Positions 1 through 12,570 of a stretch of 32,235 nucleotides of DNA are shown here, in pieces. Source of the DNA: Octopus bimaculoides (lineage: Eukaryota); contig NC_068997.1 in the NCBI RefSeq assembly GCF_001194135.2, forward strand, positions 41,213,798 through 41,246,032. The letters run 5' to 3'. Position 1 is the stretch's first letter, and every line of letters begins with the position of its first letter. The notes below the pieces were generated by a model. It was not told the origin of the DNA and ran no database searches. It saw only the letters and a list, made by a program, of their open reading frames with translations. The position numbers and the translations under genes are program-made.

Positions 1-41
<41 letters not shown>

Positions 42-1051
42 GTATAGGTTGGTGGGGTGAGAGAGAGAGAAGGTACATTGTTATATTTGCTCAAGCTTTA
101 GTTGTTAAAAAGAAGTGGAGGTACATCAAAATTGCTTTATCCATTCATTGTATGTGATTATCTATTTCCAATTTTTGCAGCTGATCCTGCAAAATCTCTA
201 ATTTTTTTTATTTTTTTTTTTAATTATTATTCTTCAGTTCCTTACAGTTTCTATTCTGCTTCAGTTTCATTAGTAGCCCCTTTTCTCCATTCTATTGCCC
301 TTATTTGTCCCCCTTTTTTTGTGTATAAAAACTACAGCTCATTTGTGATGACTGCTATCTGAAATACACACAGAACTTATGAAACATGTCCATGTATGTT
401 CTCCATAAATGTCTGGTTTCCAAGAAATATATGCAGTTCTTTTGTTTTTCTTTAATTTATTATTCTGTTTAAAGGTTTGGATAATTCTAGATAATGTTTT
501 GGTATAAAAGAAATCTCAATAAAGAAATAAAAAGGGACAAAGAAAACCATTTTGGCAGGGTTCTTTAACTGCAATATTTTAGATACTCCTTAAAAATAGA
601 ACTAATATTTCAATTTCTGAATACACAGAATATGTATTTTCACTTTTATATTTCTATAAAACATCATAAACATCTCCTTCAACAATTTTAAGCAGGGGAA
701 AAATGCAATTACTCTTTCTCCAATTGAGTCTTGCTGGCATCCAGAGAAAACTCTCCATTTATCTGATACATTCATTTACTAGTCAATAAAATACTTTAAA
801 TTTATATGTTAGGATGCTAGAACGTTTGAAAATGTCTTCATTTGATTTCACACATTTTCTAGTCAGAATACAATTTAATTCCTTCTAACTATTTGGCATA
901 TTTAACAAACCTTCATATTTATAATATTCAACAAACAAAGCAGGAGATTTTTTTTAGTTTATCTCTTTATTTTCTATTTATGACATATTTTAGAGAACAT
1001 TGAAAATGTTACCTAAAATTTAGCTATTTTTAATCTTGAAATCAATTTATA

Positions 1052-1268
1052 GGTGGCAGGCTGGCTGAATCATTAGCAAGCCAGGAAAAATGCTTAATAG
1101 CATTTCATTTGTCTTTACGTTCTGAGTTCAACTTCCACTAAGGTCGACTTTGCCTTTCATCCTTTCAGGGTCAATAAAATAGGTACCAGTTGAGTGTTGG
1201 GGTTGATGTAATTGACTGACCCCTCCTCGAAATTGATGGCCTTGTGCCAAAATTTGAAACCAATATTC
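1052..1268 (+). mobile_element. SINE family A copy
   Basis: Contains GAGTTCAA (B-box-like) and the body ...GTCGACTTTGCCTTTCATCCTTTC...GTACCAGTTGAG..., shared with at least six other copies in the window. Confidence 0.8.
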
Positions 1269-3096
1269 AAATTAATTCAAGATTTTTTTTTCTATCTGCT
1301 AATGTTGTTCTAATTCTTTCCCTGTGTAATGAGTGTTGAACCCTTATTTCAAACTCATTCACCCTATCAAACAGGGAGCTATAAGAATCATCATCATATA
1401 TTCAGGTAAACTACTAGAAGTAAGGAATTTCTATACCACTAGATAAACAGAAGTGTGTTAAGTATTTATTACTTCTTAGTTTTATTCTTTCCACACTGCT
1501 GATTCTTCTGGTATCTTGTCTGTCGAGGAAAAATTATTTCATATAATATCATCTCTCTCACTTTGTTCAAATCAGTGATTTAGAAAAATCTTCTAATTTG
1601 GATTTATCCATCACATAAGTAGTTTTTAACTTAATCTGTCCCCCTTCTAGTTGCAGTTTTATTGGCATCTTACCAATGTTGCCCTACATTAGGATAAATT
1701 AGAAATGCCATGAAAGTTATTTCATTTTATAACTTTGAATTATTGCTTTGTCCACATTGCAGGAAAGCAAAAAAAAAAAAGAAGAAATATTATTTAGTCA
1801 TCCTACTTTATCAAGTTTCCATTGCCATTCTAAAAATATTTCATTAGATAAATCTCACTTGCACTAGCACAACTATATAGTTCTTTTTTTCTTTTTCTTT
1901 TATATTTTCATTGTTTTCTTCTCAGTACTAATGTAATTAGTCTACTAATTATATTTTAATCTCAGGAACATTTTCACATAAGTGAAGACTAGTCAAACCC
2001 TTTATTACTGTTATGAAACTTCTCCTGTTCTTTTACATGGTACTTAAACTTACTAGGGTGCTATTTAGCATAGGCTTAGGACTGGACAGCCCATCACAAA
2101 CCCCATTGGTCCCATCTACTAATATTACCCTGCACCAAAGAATACAAAATGTCTGCTACAGATAGGTTTGTCTTTGCTCCAAATATTACAAAAAAAAAAA
2201 AAGAAAAATGAATTGAAATATTATTTTCAATTATTTTACAATCTATTTTTGAAGCGATGCAGAAAGAATTTTAACATTCCTAATGAGTTTCTCTTGTTTT
2301 TATTGTGTTCATTACTGCCTCCTCCTCTTCCTCTGGTTACTTGTCCTGCCTATTTACATTTATTTTTCATTCAAGCTTTCAAAGGATATGTATGTGAGTG
2401 TTTGTATGTGTGTATGTGCCTGTGTCTATATGTATATATATATGTACATATATATATATAACTGTGTGTGTGAGTGTGATGCATGCATGTAGTTTCAATT
2501 CATTACTGTAGCAATACCTTTTTGCTAATTTAGGTTTTGTTATTATGTATTTATGTCTCTTAAGAAGTTCACAAAGGAAAGTAATAAACCAAACTAAAAC
2601 TAGGAGTTTTAGTCTTTTTTTTTTTTTTTCCGTCACTTCATTTCCCATCAATATCTTTTCTTCAAATCTACAGTGACTTTGTTTATTTTGATAAATATTT
2701 GAATTTTGCCAACTGAATCATTATCTCTTCCTATCAAGCCATCATTTGTAGTTAGCACTACTATCATGCCATTTCTGGGTTGCTAGGACAGCCATCTCCT
2801 TGAATGAAAGTTGCCTGTTAACAAAAAAAAAAAAAAAAGTTTTTCCAAAAATTCTATATCGTTAATAAATAGTAAATAAATGAATTTAAATATTTTTCAC
2901 TTTTTTTTTCCTTTCTTTCAATTGACCTCTTCATATCACTGACCTTCTACCATAGCTAAGCTAACTGGTCTAACAATGTAGAGAAACTTGTAGCCAGTTT
3001 GATGCCATAGCAAGAAGTTACAGTAGGAGAAAGACAACAACTACAATTCATTGTAGATAATAACTTAATTGTACATATTTAGGTTCGTTAAGAATT

Positions 3097-3248
3097 GAGT
3101 GGTTGGCATTAGGAAGGGTATCCAGCTGTAGAAACCAAACAAAAACAGACTGGAACCTGGTTCAGCTCTCTGGCTTACCATCTCCAGTCAAAACATCTAA
3201 CCTATGCCAACATGGAAAACAGGCATTGATGATGATGATGATGATGAT
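3097..3248 (+). mobile_element. Retroposon family D 3' end with (GAT)n tail
   Basis: TTAGGAAGGG(T/C)ATCCAGCTGTAGAAAC...CATGGAAA...GATGATGAT, shared with the copies at 5213 and 5797. Confidence 0.75.
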
Positions 3249-3489
3249 ATTTTACAAAAAATTTCTCTGAAATTTGGCCTAAAAAACATTCTAAATGTAT
3301 GAGACTCAGTCCTGAATCCCTGTAAACCATTCAGAACCTTTTTACATCTTAATTTTATTTTATTCTGCCTAAAGAGATTAATTAGTTGCTGAATGTTGTT
3401 CTGTATAAAGTAGATTAGCTATTGAAAAATCACTGTTCAATAATTATTTCTCTGAGATTATTGAAGTATCTTTTATGCCCAGAATATAT

Positions 3490-3670
3490 TGGGTTGTTTG
3501 GTTAAGAATTTCATTTAGCAATGAACCACATGATCTCAGGTTCAATCCCATCTAATGGCACTTTGGATAAGTGCTTTCTTTTGTAGCCTCCAGCTTGACT
3601 AAAGCCAAATGAGGAAAATTTGGTCAAAGGAAATTTTAAGTTGGAATTTTCTTATGTGTATACTCACAAA
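3490..3670 (+). mobile_element. Degraded SINE family C 5' half
   Basis: AACCACATGATCTCAGGTTCAATCCC...GGCACTTTGG...GACTAAAGCC matches the family C head and body. Confidence 0.6.
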
Positions 3671-4012
3671 CACAATGCAAGTTAGTCTTTATTTCCTCAC
3701 GTCTTCATACAGACCCAGCTTGAGCAGCAATGGTATTTATTTTCCACATAATCAATTCATCCAGTTGCTTGGTGGATGTGATGTGCAAAGACCTGCAGAA
3801 TAAAGTAGCGTGTTTGAAAACAAGGGCTGACTTCAAGAAGAGTATCCAGTCTACCACCTCAAAGAGTTTTGTCCAACTTTTTTGCCAGCATAGAAAAAGT
3901 GGACATCCAGAAGATGATGACTCACTATTTCCATTTTAAATCAACAAATAGAGCATGTCTAGTGTTCCTCCTTAACTAACTGCTGTGAAAAACCATTGAA
4001 AATACTATAGGA

Positions 4013-4574
4013 TTAACCCTTTAGTGATCAGATTACTTTGCCAAATGTACTGGTACTTCGTTGGTTACAACAATGAGGATTCTGTTTCATCCAATTGCCA
4101 AAAGAGCCTGCTTGTGAAATGAATGTGCAAGTGGTTGAGCATTCCACAGACACATATACCCTTAACATAGTTCTCAGGGAGATTCAGTGTGACACAGAAT
4201 GTGACAAGGCTAACCTTTTTGAATTAAAGTACAACTCATTTTCGCCATCTAAGTGAACTGGAGCAACATGAAATAAAGTGTCTTGCTCAAGGATACAACG
4301 TGCCACTGAGAATCGAACTCACGACCTTACAATTGTGATCTAAATTCCCTCACCACTAAGCCACATGCCTTCACTCAAGTGTAATGTTTATTAATTCACA
4401 TCATTTTGAATTAATCATGCATTATCTTGTAGCTTTGGGATTTCAATGATTTGATTGTTTATTTTTAGAATGATATTGTAGGCTAAGTGTGAGAGGCTGG
4501 ATCTGGTTGGTTTGAACATAAAACATGTAGAATATTTCAGCTGGATATGGCCAGTTTAAATGCTAAAGGGTTAA
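4013..4574. mobile_element. piggyBac-type MITE interrupted by a SINE
   Basis: Termini TTAA-CCCTTTAG ... CTAAAGGG-TTAA (TTAA target duplication plus inverted ends). Interior matches 14781-15007. Confidence 0.75.
4051..4374 (-). mobile_element. tRNA-derived SINE family B, nested in a MITE
   Basis: Minus-strand head with A box TGGCTTAGTGG and B box GTTCGATTC. Near-TSD CAAATGTA / CAAGTGTA at 4042-4049 and 4376-4383. Confidence 0.85.
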
Positions 4575-4720
4575 TTTAGTCCATATAGATATAATATGTT
4601 ACCAATTATTTTAATTTCATTTGGCAATTTCAATTCAATTGTAATTTTAACAGGCAATTGATACCACAGATTAATACTTGATCATTCCCTGATATATTTT
4701 GATTTATTGTAAGTAATATC

Positions 4721-5023
4721 TGGTATTCCATCAGTTAGGATGATAAATGTTTCAGTTGATCCGATCGACGGAACAGCCTGCTCATGAAATTAACATGCAA
4801 GTGGCTTAGCATTCCACAGACATGCAAACCCTTAACATAGTTCTTGGAGAGATTCAGTGTGACACAAAATGTGACAATGCTGGACCTTTGAATTCTAAGT
4901 GCAACTCACTTTTGCCAACTGAATGAGCTGAAACAACATGGAATAAAGTATCTTGCTGAAGGACACAATGCACTTCTGGCAATTGAACTTAAGGCCTTAT
5001 GATCATGTGCTGAATACCCTAAC
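4721..5023 (-). mobile_element. SINE family B copy
   Basis: Colinear with 4051-4374; the head is eroded. Confidence 0.8.
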
Positions 5024-5212
5024 CTACACAAATTATGAGTAATCAAATAAAATTAAAAACAGTCTTAATTAACCATAAAACCTTGCATTTGTTCCAACTG
5101 TGAATGAAAGCCAGAATTGACTGCTATCATGCTGTCGAACCATTTAGTATAACATATTTACAAATACACCTCAAATCTGTAACATACCAAAATATATTAA
5201 AGAATATTACAC

Positions 5213-5367
5213 TCTCGGAGTGGTTGGTGTTAGGAAGGGCATCCAGCTGTAGAAACTCTGCCAAATCAGATTGGAGTCTGGTGTAGCCATCTAGTTCGCC
5301 AGTCCTCAGTCAAAACGTCCAACCCAAGCTAGCATGGAAAGCGGATGTTAAATGATGATGATGATGA
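5213..5367 (+). mobile_element. Retroposon family D copy
   Basis: Same body and (GAT)n tail. Confidence 0.75.
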
Positions 5368-5470
5368 GGAATATGTATGAATACATTGTCATTCCTTCAT
5401 AACAATATTATTGCACTTGTCAAATTCTAAATACTGGTACTAGTGGAGTTTGCCAAGGGAGCCTCTAATG

Positions 5471-5728
5471 CAGTGGCTCTCAACCAGGGTCCCTATGGTC
5501 CCTGGGAGTCCATATAATATTTTATTGCTAAAATCTATGTGCAGTTACTTAGCTATACTTCTACAATACACAAAATACTTTAACAATTTATTTTTTTAAT
5601 TATTCCTAATAATATTTGATTATAAAAATGTAATAGGATTTTCTTAAGCATTGAATGGCTTGGAGGGTCCATCTGAGTAAAACAGGAATCAAAGGGGTCC
5701 TCAGGCACAAAATGGGTGAGAGGCACTG
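5471..5728. mobile_element. hAT-type MITE
   Basis: TIRs CAGTGGCTCTCAACC ... GGGTGAGAGGCACTG and a perfect 8-bp TSD CTCTAATG (5463-5470, 5729-5736). Confidence 0.85.
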
Positions 5729-5796
5729 CTCTAATGATGGCTTGATCTGCTAGAAAAAGAACATGTTGGATAATGTTGTCCTGACTTTCCTGTATG

Positions 5797-5938
5797 TAGG
5801 GCATTAGGAAGGGCATCCAGTCATAGAAACCATGCTAAATCTGACTGGAACCTGATACAGTTCTCAAGCTTACCAGTTCCAATAACACTAAGCTATGCCA
5901 GTATGGAAAGCAGCTGCTAAATGATGATGATGATGATG
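5797..5938 (+). mobile_element. Retroposon family D copy
   Basis: Same body and (GAT)n tail. Confidence 0.75.
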
Positions 5939-6552
5939 GAAATGGTGAAATGGTTACAGATGTAATACTTTCGATCATAGGTTTGCTTGATCTGGGTTAA
6001 ACAATTCACAGAGTCTTATTGACTTCCTCTTGCAGAAATCAAATATTTCTAGAAAAGCCTGCTCAAAATAAGTTTGTAGTCATTGATATAGCAACTTCCT
6101 CCATTATATCAATTAATAAACATAGGAGCTAACAAAAGGGTCCTCTATACCAGTGGTAGGACACAGGGGAGCTACTGTGGCCCACAAGTGGGTCTCAAAA
6201 TCTTTTTAAATTTTATGTATTTGTGGCCAGACAAACACTGAGCTGTCGATGGCTTTCAGATAGTGTTTTATGTCATTTGTTAACATGAACATTGTTAGTG
6301 ATAGAATGAGAAAGATATGTGGAGATATTATTGTAAGATATACATAATGGTCTTGTGGTTTGCCAGCTCCCATCACACTGTCTAATTCATGCCACTATGG
6401 AAAAAGGTTGTTAAAGGATGATGATGCATGCCAAAAAATATTGTAAGTGGGCCTAGGCAAAAAGAAATTACAGTTCCCTGTTCAACAAGGTCATTCAACC
6501 TTCTTGAGATAACAACAAAATTCCCCTGATAGCTCACTTTACTATCTTAGAT

Positions 6553-6857
6553 TGGCACTCTGTCAGTTATGACAATGAGGGTTCCAGTTGATCCAATCAA
6601 CAGAACAGCCTGCTTGTGAAATTAAAACATAAGAGGTTGAGCACTCTACAAACACACATACTCTTAACTTAGTTCTCGGAGAGATTCAGCATGATACAGA
6701 AAGTGACAAGGTTGGCCCTTTAAATTATAGGTACAAGTAATGCATTTTTGCCAGCTGTGTGGACTGGAGCAATGTGAATTAAAGTGTCTTGCTCAAGGAC
6801 ACAACATGCTGTACCCCAACCACTAAGCCCCCCAACCACTAAGCCGTATGCCTTCAC
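6553..6857 (-). mobile_element. SINE family B copy
   Basis: Colinear body; the head is partly deleted and carries a duplicated CCCCAACCACTAAG. Confidence 0.8.
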
Positions 6858-7649
6858 CAAACTCCATTGTCTTAAAAAACAGAAAGTTAACATTGAATAT
6901 TACATATGTCTGAGAAACAATTAGACAGCCATGACCAAAATTCTTTTTATTGTTGCTTTACTGAATCCAGGATGATCTAACATTAAAATAAACTGAACAC
7001 TGCAGAGGGTCCATCTCCACCTAATAACTGGGACTGGAAATGCAAGATTCTCACATATTTTTCAGTTTATGGAAAATGTTTCATCTTGCTTGTAGGAATC
7101 CAATAGATATGTGGCTCAGAAGTCAGGATGTCAGCAAAATTTCATTTTATTTTAAATACTTGTCATTGTATCATTGTTAGAGAAACTAAAACCTTGGTTT
7201 TAAATTAAATTATAATTTTTAATTTGCCTTTATGATAAGTTTGTATAGAATGAATTAAATTATTGCACTGAATGCTTGCTAACGTTTGTTCAAAGATTAG
7301 TTTGTGCATCAAAGCAACTGTAAAAATTGTGAAGAGGCACATGTTGTTAGGAAGATATACTGCTGATTTGTTTATTTGGTATATGTAAAGATTCTGTTTT
7401 GGTGACATAGAAGGAGACTTAGTAGCCTTACCTTTGTTGGAGGATGATAAAGCATCTGTTTGGCAGAAATGGGACATATTTGGCATGAGGTGTTCAGGGT
7501 GTGTGGGAAAGTGTGTATCATTTTGTAAATATTATTTTGTGTGTGCGTGTGTGGTTACAAGTGATGAGACAGTTATGTATATAGAATGTGGTATGAGAGA
7601 CAAAAAAAACCTAGTGTCTCCCAGGAGATAATGTGAAGGAGGGGTAGCA

Positions 7650-8600
7650 TCATCAAACTCTCGATGCTAGAGGATAAACATATGTAGAGCTTTTAAAGGC
7701 AGGCAACTTTCCTTGAAAATATGGCTGAAAGCTTTCCTGATTTTAAGAGTAACTACATTGACATGTGATGTATGAAAGCAGATCTCTGGCAAATCCAGAG
7801 GTTATACAAGTGTTCATCGAGGAAAGAAAGACAATGAAGGTGATAAAGAACTTGTTCATTACAAATTAGCTGCAGAAATTTTATGCCATCTGGATATTAT
7901 CTATTATTTATAGCCTCGCAAGAAGCAATTGTCTCCTGAAGGTTAAAAGTACTGAATGGAATAGGAACAGTCTGTTCTGTAAATGACCATTAAGCTACAA
8001 CGATGAGGTTTTAAAATGCTGACTAAATGTTATTAATCACATATTTATCAGCCATTGTTTTCTCTCATAAGTAAAATAACAATGTTATTATGATGAAGAA
8101 TTATCACAAATTGGTGTGTGTTTTATTAGCAGAATGAAAAAATGGGAAAAATCTGTGTTTTATGGAACTAATGTAGTCATCTGTGCAATGGAAAGCAAGA
8201 GGAAGAGGTATAGTGCTGTAGTTTTTATAATCACAGAATCTGTTTCATATCTGGAATGACAGAAACAAAATGTGGATGGTTAGAAACTTCATAATGTGTG
8301 TAATTAATTAGGTTGTATAAGTGAGGAGAGAAGCCTGGATCTGGAAACAATGGTAAGCAATCATAGATTTGACAATATCCATAGCTCAATGATGCAGGGA
8401 TTTTCAGTTTAAGGATTCTTTTTAGAAGCAAATATTACTCAAGCTGTTTCTTACATATAGTTCCAGTAGAAATTAGACTGTAATACTATTACAGAGACTT
8501 AGAAAAATATTCCTTAATCAGGCACCATTTTACAAAAAACAGGACAGCTGGGTTTTCTTCTAGGCATGTGAGAAAATAATCAATGATGCCACAAGAGTCA
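7650..8600 (+). pseudogene. Decayed piggyBac-like transposase remnant
   Basis: Frame-broken motifs appear in piggyBac order: AFKGR (7689-7703), SRGY...GKKDNEG, SGYYL, GIGTV, WNDRN, RSKYY/ITQA. Many stops and frameshifts; recognised by eye only. Confidence 0.5.
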
Positions 8601-8830
8601 CGCATATGGAATTGACTCATGGCTCTGCATAAACATTTAACAAGAGCTCTGTAAAATATTGAAGACTCTAAAGAAGTGCCTTCTCTATTCTCATCTGTTG
8701 ACCCCAACACCAAGATGAATATTTTAATTTAAGGTATTTGATAATACTCTGAGGATTTGGGAGTGGTTTGAGAATCTTACCTAAAATGAAATACTCTCAA
8801 GAGTTTCAACTCAGGTCGAAAGTAAGATAT

Positions 8831-9048
8831 ATATTGGTTTCATGTTTTGGTACAAGGCCAGCAATTTTTGGGGAAAGGCTAAGTTGATTTGATTAGCATC
8901 AGTGCGCAACTGGTACTTATTTTATCGACCCTGGAAGGTTGAAAGTAAAGTTGACCTCTGCAGCATTTGAACTCAGAGCATAAAAACGGATGAAACACTG
9001 TTGAGCATTTTGCTCAGTGTGTTAATGATTCTACCTACTAACCACCTT
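8831..9048 (-). mobile_element. SINE family A copy with 10-bp TSD
   Basis: Family A body, flanked by AGTAAGATAT at 8821-8830 and 9049-9058. Confidence 0.85.
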
Positions 9049-9060
9049 AGTAAGATATTA

Positions 9061-9275
9061 AATGTATTCTTTTCTACTCTAGGCACAAGGCCCGAAATGT
9101 TTGGGGAGGTGGGGCCAGTCGATTAGATTGACCCCAGTACACAACTGGTACTTAATTTATCGACTCTGAAAGGATGAAAGGCAAAGTCAACCTCAGTGGA
9201 ATTTGAATTCAGAACGTAAAGACAGATGAAATACCGCTAAGCATTTCACCCGGCGTGCTAACGTTTCTGCCAGCT
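9061..9275 (-). mobile_element. SINE family A copy with 10-bp TSD
   Basis: Family A body, flanked by TAAGATATTA at 9051-9060 and 9276-9285. Confidence 0.85.
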
Positions 9276-9358
9276 TAAGATATTATATACCTTAAAGATA
9301 TTATATACCTTAAAGATATTATACCTTAAAGATATTATACCTTAAAGATATTATATAT
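9276..9358. repeat. 16-18 bp tandem repeat (CCTTAAAGATATTATA)
   Basis: About five direct copies are visible. Confidence 0.85.
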
Positions 9359-10389
9359 TGACTAATGATTAATGGAGAGGCAAGATCTTTTGTCCTGTAC
9401 ATAACTGATGCATATTTTATTAACTTGGTGTTGTGAAAGTAGATCCTGAAGCAAGTAAGAAAAACATATAGTTTAGTTCTATAATACTTCTACCTCTCTA
9501 CAGTTTTTACTTTAATTAATAATCTATTATAATTAAGCAAACAGATGATAGCCCTGAAGCAGAAAGTTTACTTTTCTTAAAGATTTCCATGTTTACCTTC
9601 TCACAGTAAATTTTGAGAATTTGATTGTTTTATAGTTGGCCTACTTCTAGTTTGCACTGTTTCAAACTCCCAGTTCATTTATCAGACAAACTTTTGAACA
9701 TCAAATCTCTTATCAGTGAGGAAGGTTCTGAGCTAAACAATCATTGCAGAAGTTCCCCAAAGCCCAGCAGTTAATCTGTAAAATCTGAAGTAATGTTATG
9801 AAGCTAATAGCTATCTTAGACTAAGCTACAAGAATAGTTATGAAATATTAGCTGAACTGAGAAATAGAGGAAATGAGTTATTAGAAAACAAACAATACAC
9901 TACAAAATATCTTTCAAATTTTGTTTATTTCCACATCAATATAAAGCTTTGTGTTGAATTTCTCTCAAGTAGAGATCTTTACCAGAGTCTCTTTCTAGCA
10001 GGTCATATATTCACTCTGGCTAACATGAACTGAATCACCTACTCGTTTGCCAACCTCATCAACACAATAGCATGCACTTCCGTTACATTGGATTTTGTTG
10101 TAATTACCGTTGGATTCACAAAGGAACAGTTTGCCAATCATGCCAGATTTTTCATATGCAAACTTATGGCGGGCACAGTCTGAAAGAAACCATAAAGAAA
10201 GTTTTAGAGAAAGTTAATGAATCAATATTTATCTATCATCTCAATTTTTTGTGGTAAATACAAAAGTTATGTTAATGTTAACATATTTAAAGAAGTGAAC
10301 TTTAAGAAAATACAGTAATCCTTCGTCATATCATGGTTCAATTATTGTGCACTCAGTACTTTGCAGATTTTTCTGGACTGGCTCTTGTG

Positions 10390-10500
10390 CGAGTGGCACA
10401 TAAAATACACCATTTTGAGCGTGGCCGTTGCCAGTACCGCCTGACTGGCCTTCGTGCGGGTGACACGTAAAAGCACCCACTACACTCTCTGAGTGGTTGC
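10390..10500 (+). mobile_element. Probable family D upstream segment
   Basis: Ends ACTCTCTGAGTGGTT, matching ACTCTCGGAGTGGTT at the start of the 5213 copy. Confidence 0.55.
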
Positions 10501-12089
10501 TCTCCTTAGACAAGATACTCAACTCCACTTACAGCCACTAGATAAACGAGGTACACCATCATGTTAAAACAGCCAAGGCTTGAGCCAACAAGAGAGTTTC
10601 TATGCTGTCACTCCAACTGCTAGAAATAACAACTAAATCTTTCTTAAATCACATCCTGCCATCTTAAAAACACACAGTAATCCTCAGGATACAAAGAGAC
10701 AGGATGGTCATTGAGAGAGTGTCTTTGTTAAAGAATAACAGCAAATGAGTTTCTATTGCAAGATTTTATATGCTTAAGGAACTAAAATAACTTTATGTTA
10801 GTCATTATGGAAAATATTAGGATTTCAAAAATGTGACACAGCCAGAATATTTCAGATGACTTTATCAAGGGATACAAAGTATCTTTCAGAATCTCTTCCC
10901 TCTGTTAATCCTAGTCTTCAAAATATAAAAATATTTTCTGAAATACCAAAAAAGCTGAGCTGTCAGATCCAAGTACAATATACTTTTGTGCAACTATCTC
11001 ATAATTATTTCTCTATATAATTACGTGTAACTGTTATATTTTTAATGAATAAAGGCAGCTGCCATGTTTTTAACACTGGAATCATCTCTTTAAAACGATT
11101 GCCTTGTAGGCAATGCTAGATGAATTCATTTAACTTGTAGAGAATTATAACTTACTGCAATTCGTTCTTTGGCTTTCATGAATAGCTGATTCGAATTTGG
11201 GGATATGAGTACCATCTGTGTGTGCACAGTAACACCTATGAAATAAAAATGACATTAATAAAAGACATTTTTCAGCTGCCTTAAAATCAGTTGTTTTTTT
11301 TTATATATATAATCACATCACACTAAATATAAAACGAAATATGAATCATATAAGTTTCTTNNNNNNNNNNNNNNNNNNNNNNNNNNNNNNNNNNNNNNNN
11401 NNNNNNNNNNNNNNNNNNNNNNNNNNNNNNNNNNNNNNNNNNNNNNNNNNNNNNNNNNNNACAGAAGAACCGCTGTGTCTCGACAGTTTGCAAAGTTATT
11501 GACCAGTCATGTCAAAAACGAGGGCCTTTAGTCAAATATCATTCAAATCACACAGTGCTCCCTTCTCAATGAACAGACACATGGGTCAATGTAGTTTTAG
11601 ACACACTATGTTTAAATTACATAAAAAGCCTCATTAATCATAGGTGTCATAGACTAAGACTAACTTGTGTTTTAAGCAACAACAACAACAACCAGTTTAT
11701 TTACTGGATAATTTAGCTTCATGCTAATTAGTTCCATCATTTTCAGATTATATTTTAATTACCAGCAACCCAATCTTTACAAATTCAGTATTCTTCAAAT
11801 CAGTTCCACCATTAAATTTTGTTTATTTCTGTTTGTTTCTCATGGTTTAATCAGAGGAGAAAGAAGAGCTTTAACTGATTACCTCATCGCATGGTCACCA
11901 TGACTAGTGCGGCATTGGAGGAGGGGTAAGGGAAGACTAAGGTGTAAGTCATTGACTGCCTGAAACTGGGGACCTGGAGCAAATGATTGTATCAGAGTGG
12001 ACTCAACTAAAAGTATATAAGGATCAGGTAGTGTTCCAAGAATAAGTACAGTTCACCTGACTGGGTTTTCTATAAAACATTTAAATCAT

Positions 12090-12570
12090 AATGATACAAT
12101 ATTGTGAAAACACTAAACCACAATAATTGGATCATACTGTACCATAAGATATTTGTATCACAATATCACAGTATTGGGATTATAGCAATGCTATGATATT
12201 GGGATCACAACATACCACAATATAGTAATTACAATGATACCTTTACATTAGGACCCCATCATTTCATAATAAGGGATTGCAAGGACACCACAATATTGGG
12301 ATCACGTCATCCCACAAAGGTGAGATGACTTTAATTGTATAATATTGAGATTTCAATTATAGGACAGGATATTAGGATTACAACAATGACAGTCAACCGT
12401 GGGATCACAAGTATGTAATAATAATGAGATCACAACTATCCACACAACTGAAGTCTTAATGATAGCATGGGATTTGGGATCATGACTACACCATGATATT
12501 GGGACCATAACTACAGCACTGGTATCCCAATGATATAGCAGGATATTGGGATTGTAATGATTCCATAATA
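12090..12570. repeat. Degenerate minisatellite of about 24-25 bp (core ACAATATTGGGATCAC)
   Basis: The core recurs with GGG at 12176, 12201, 12273, 12298, 12401, 12476, 12501 and 12548, with eroded units in between. Confidence 0.75.

Noticed and set aside
100-1600. Minus-strand peptide-like fragments (LEILQDQLQKLEIDNH, SLFDRVNEFEIRVQHSLHRE)
   Set aside because: They are short, interrupted by stops and A-runs, and cannot be chained into a gene model.
3609-3939. Overlapping ORFs in a coding-like patch
   Set aside because: No recognisable motif in any frame and no consistent splice partners; it starts within a degraded SINE.
4300-4374. tRNA gene
   Set aside because: A and B boxes are present, but the sequence continues into a repeated SINE body, has no intact cloverleaf and has several eroded copies.
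7400-7490. Minus-strand exon with a strong donor AAG|GTAAGG
   Set aside because: No convincing acceptor or neighbouring exon, and it lies next to a transposon fossil.
12090-12570. CRISPR array
   Set aside because: The period is about 25 bp with degenerate cores and short, related linkers; there are no cas genes and the context is eukaryotic.
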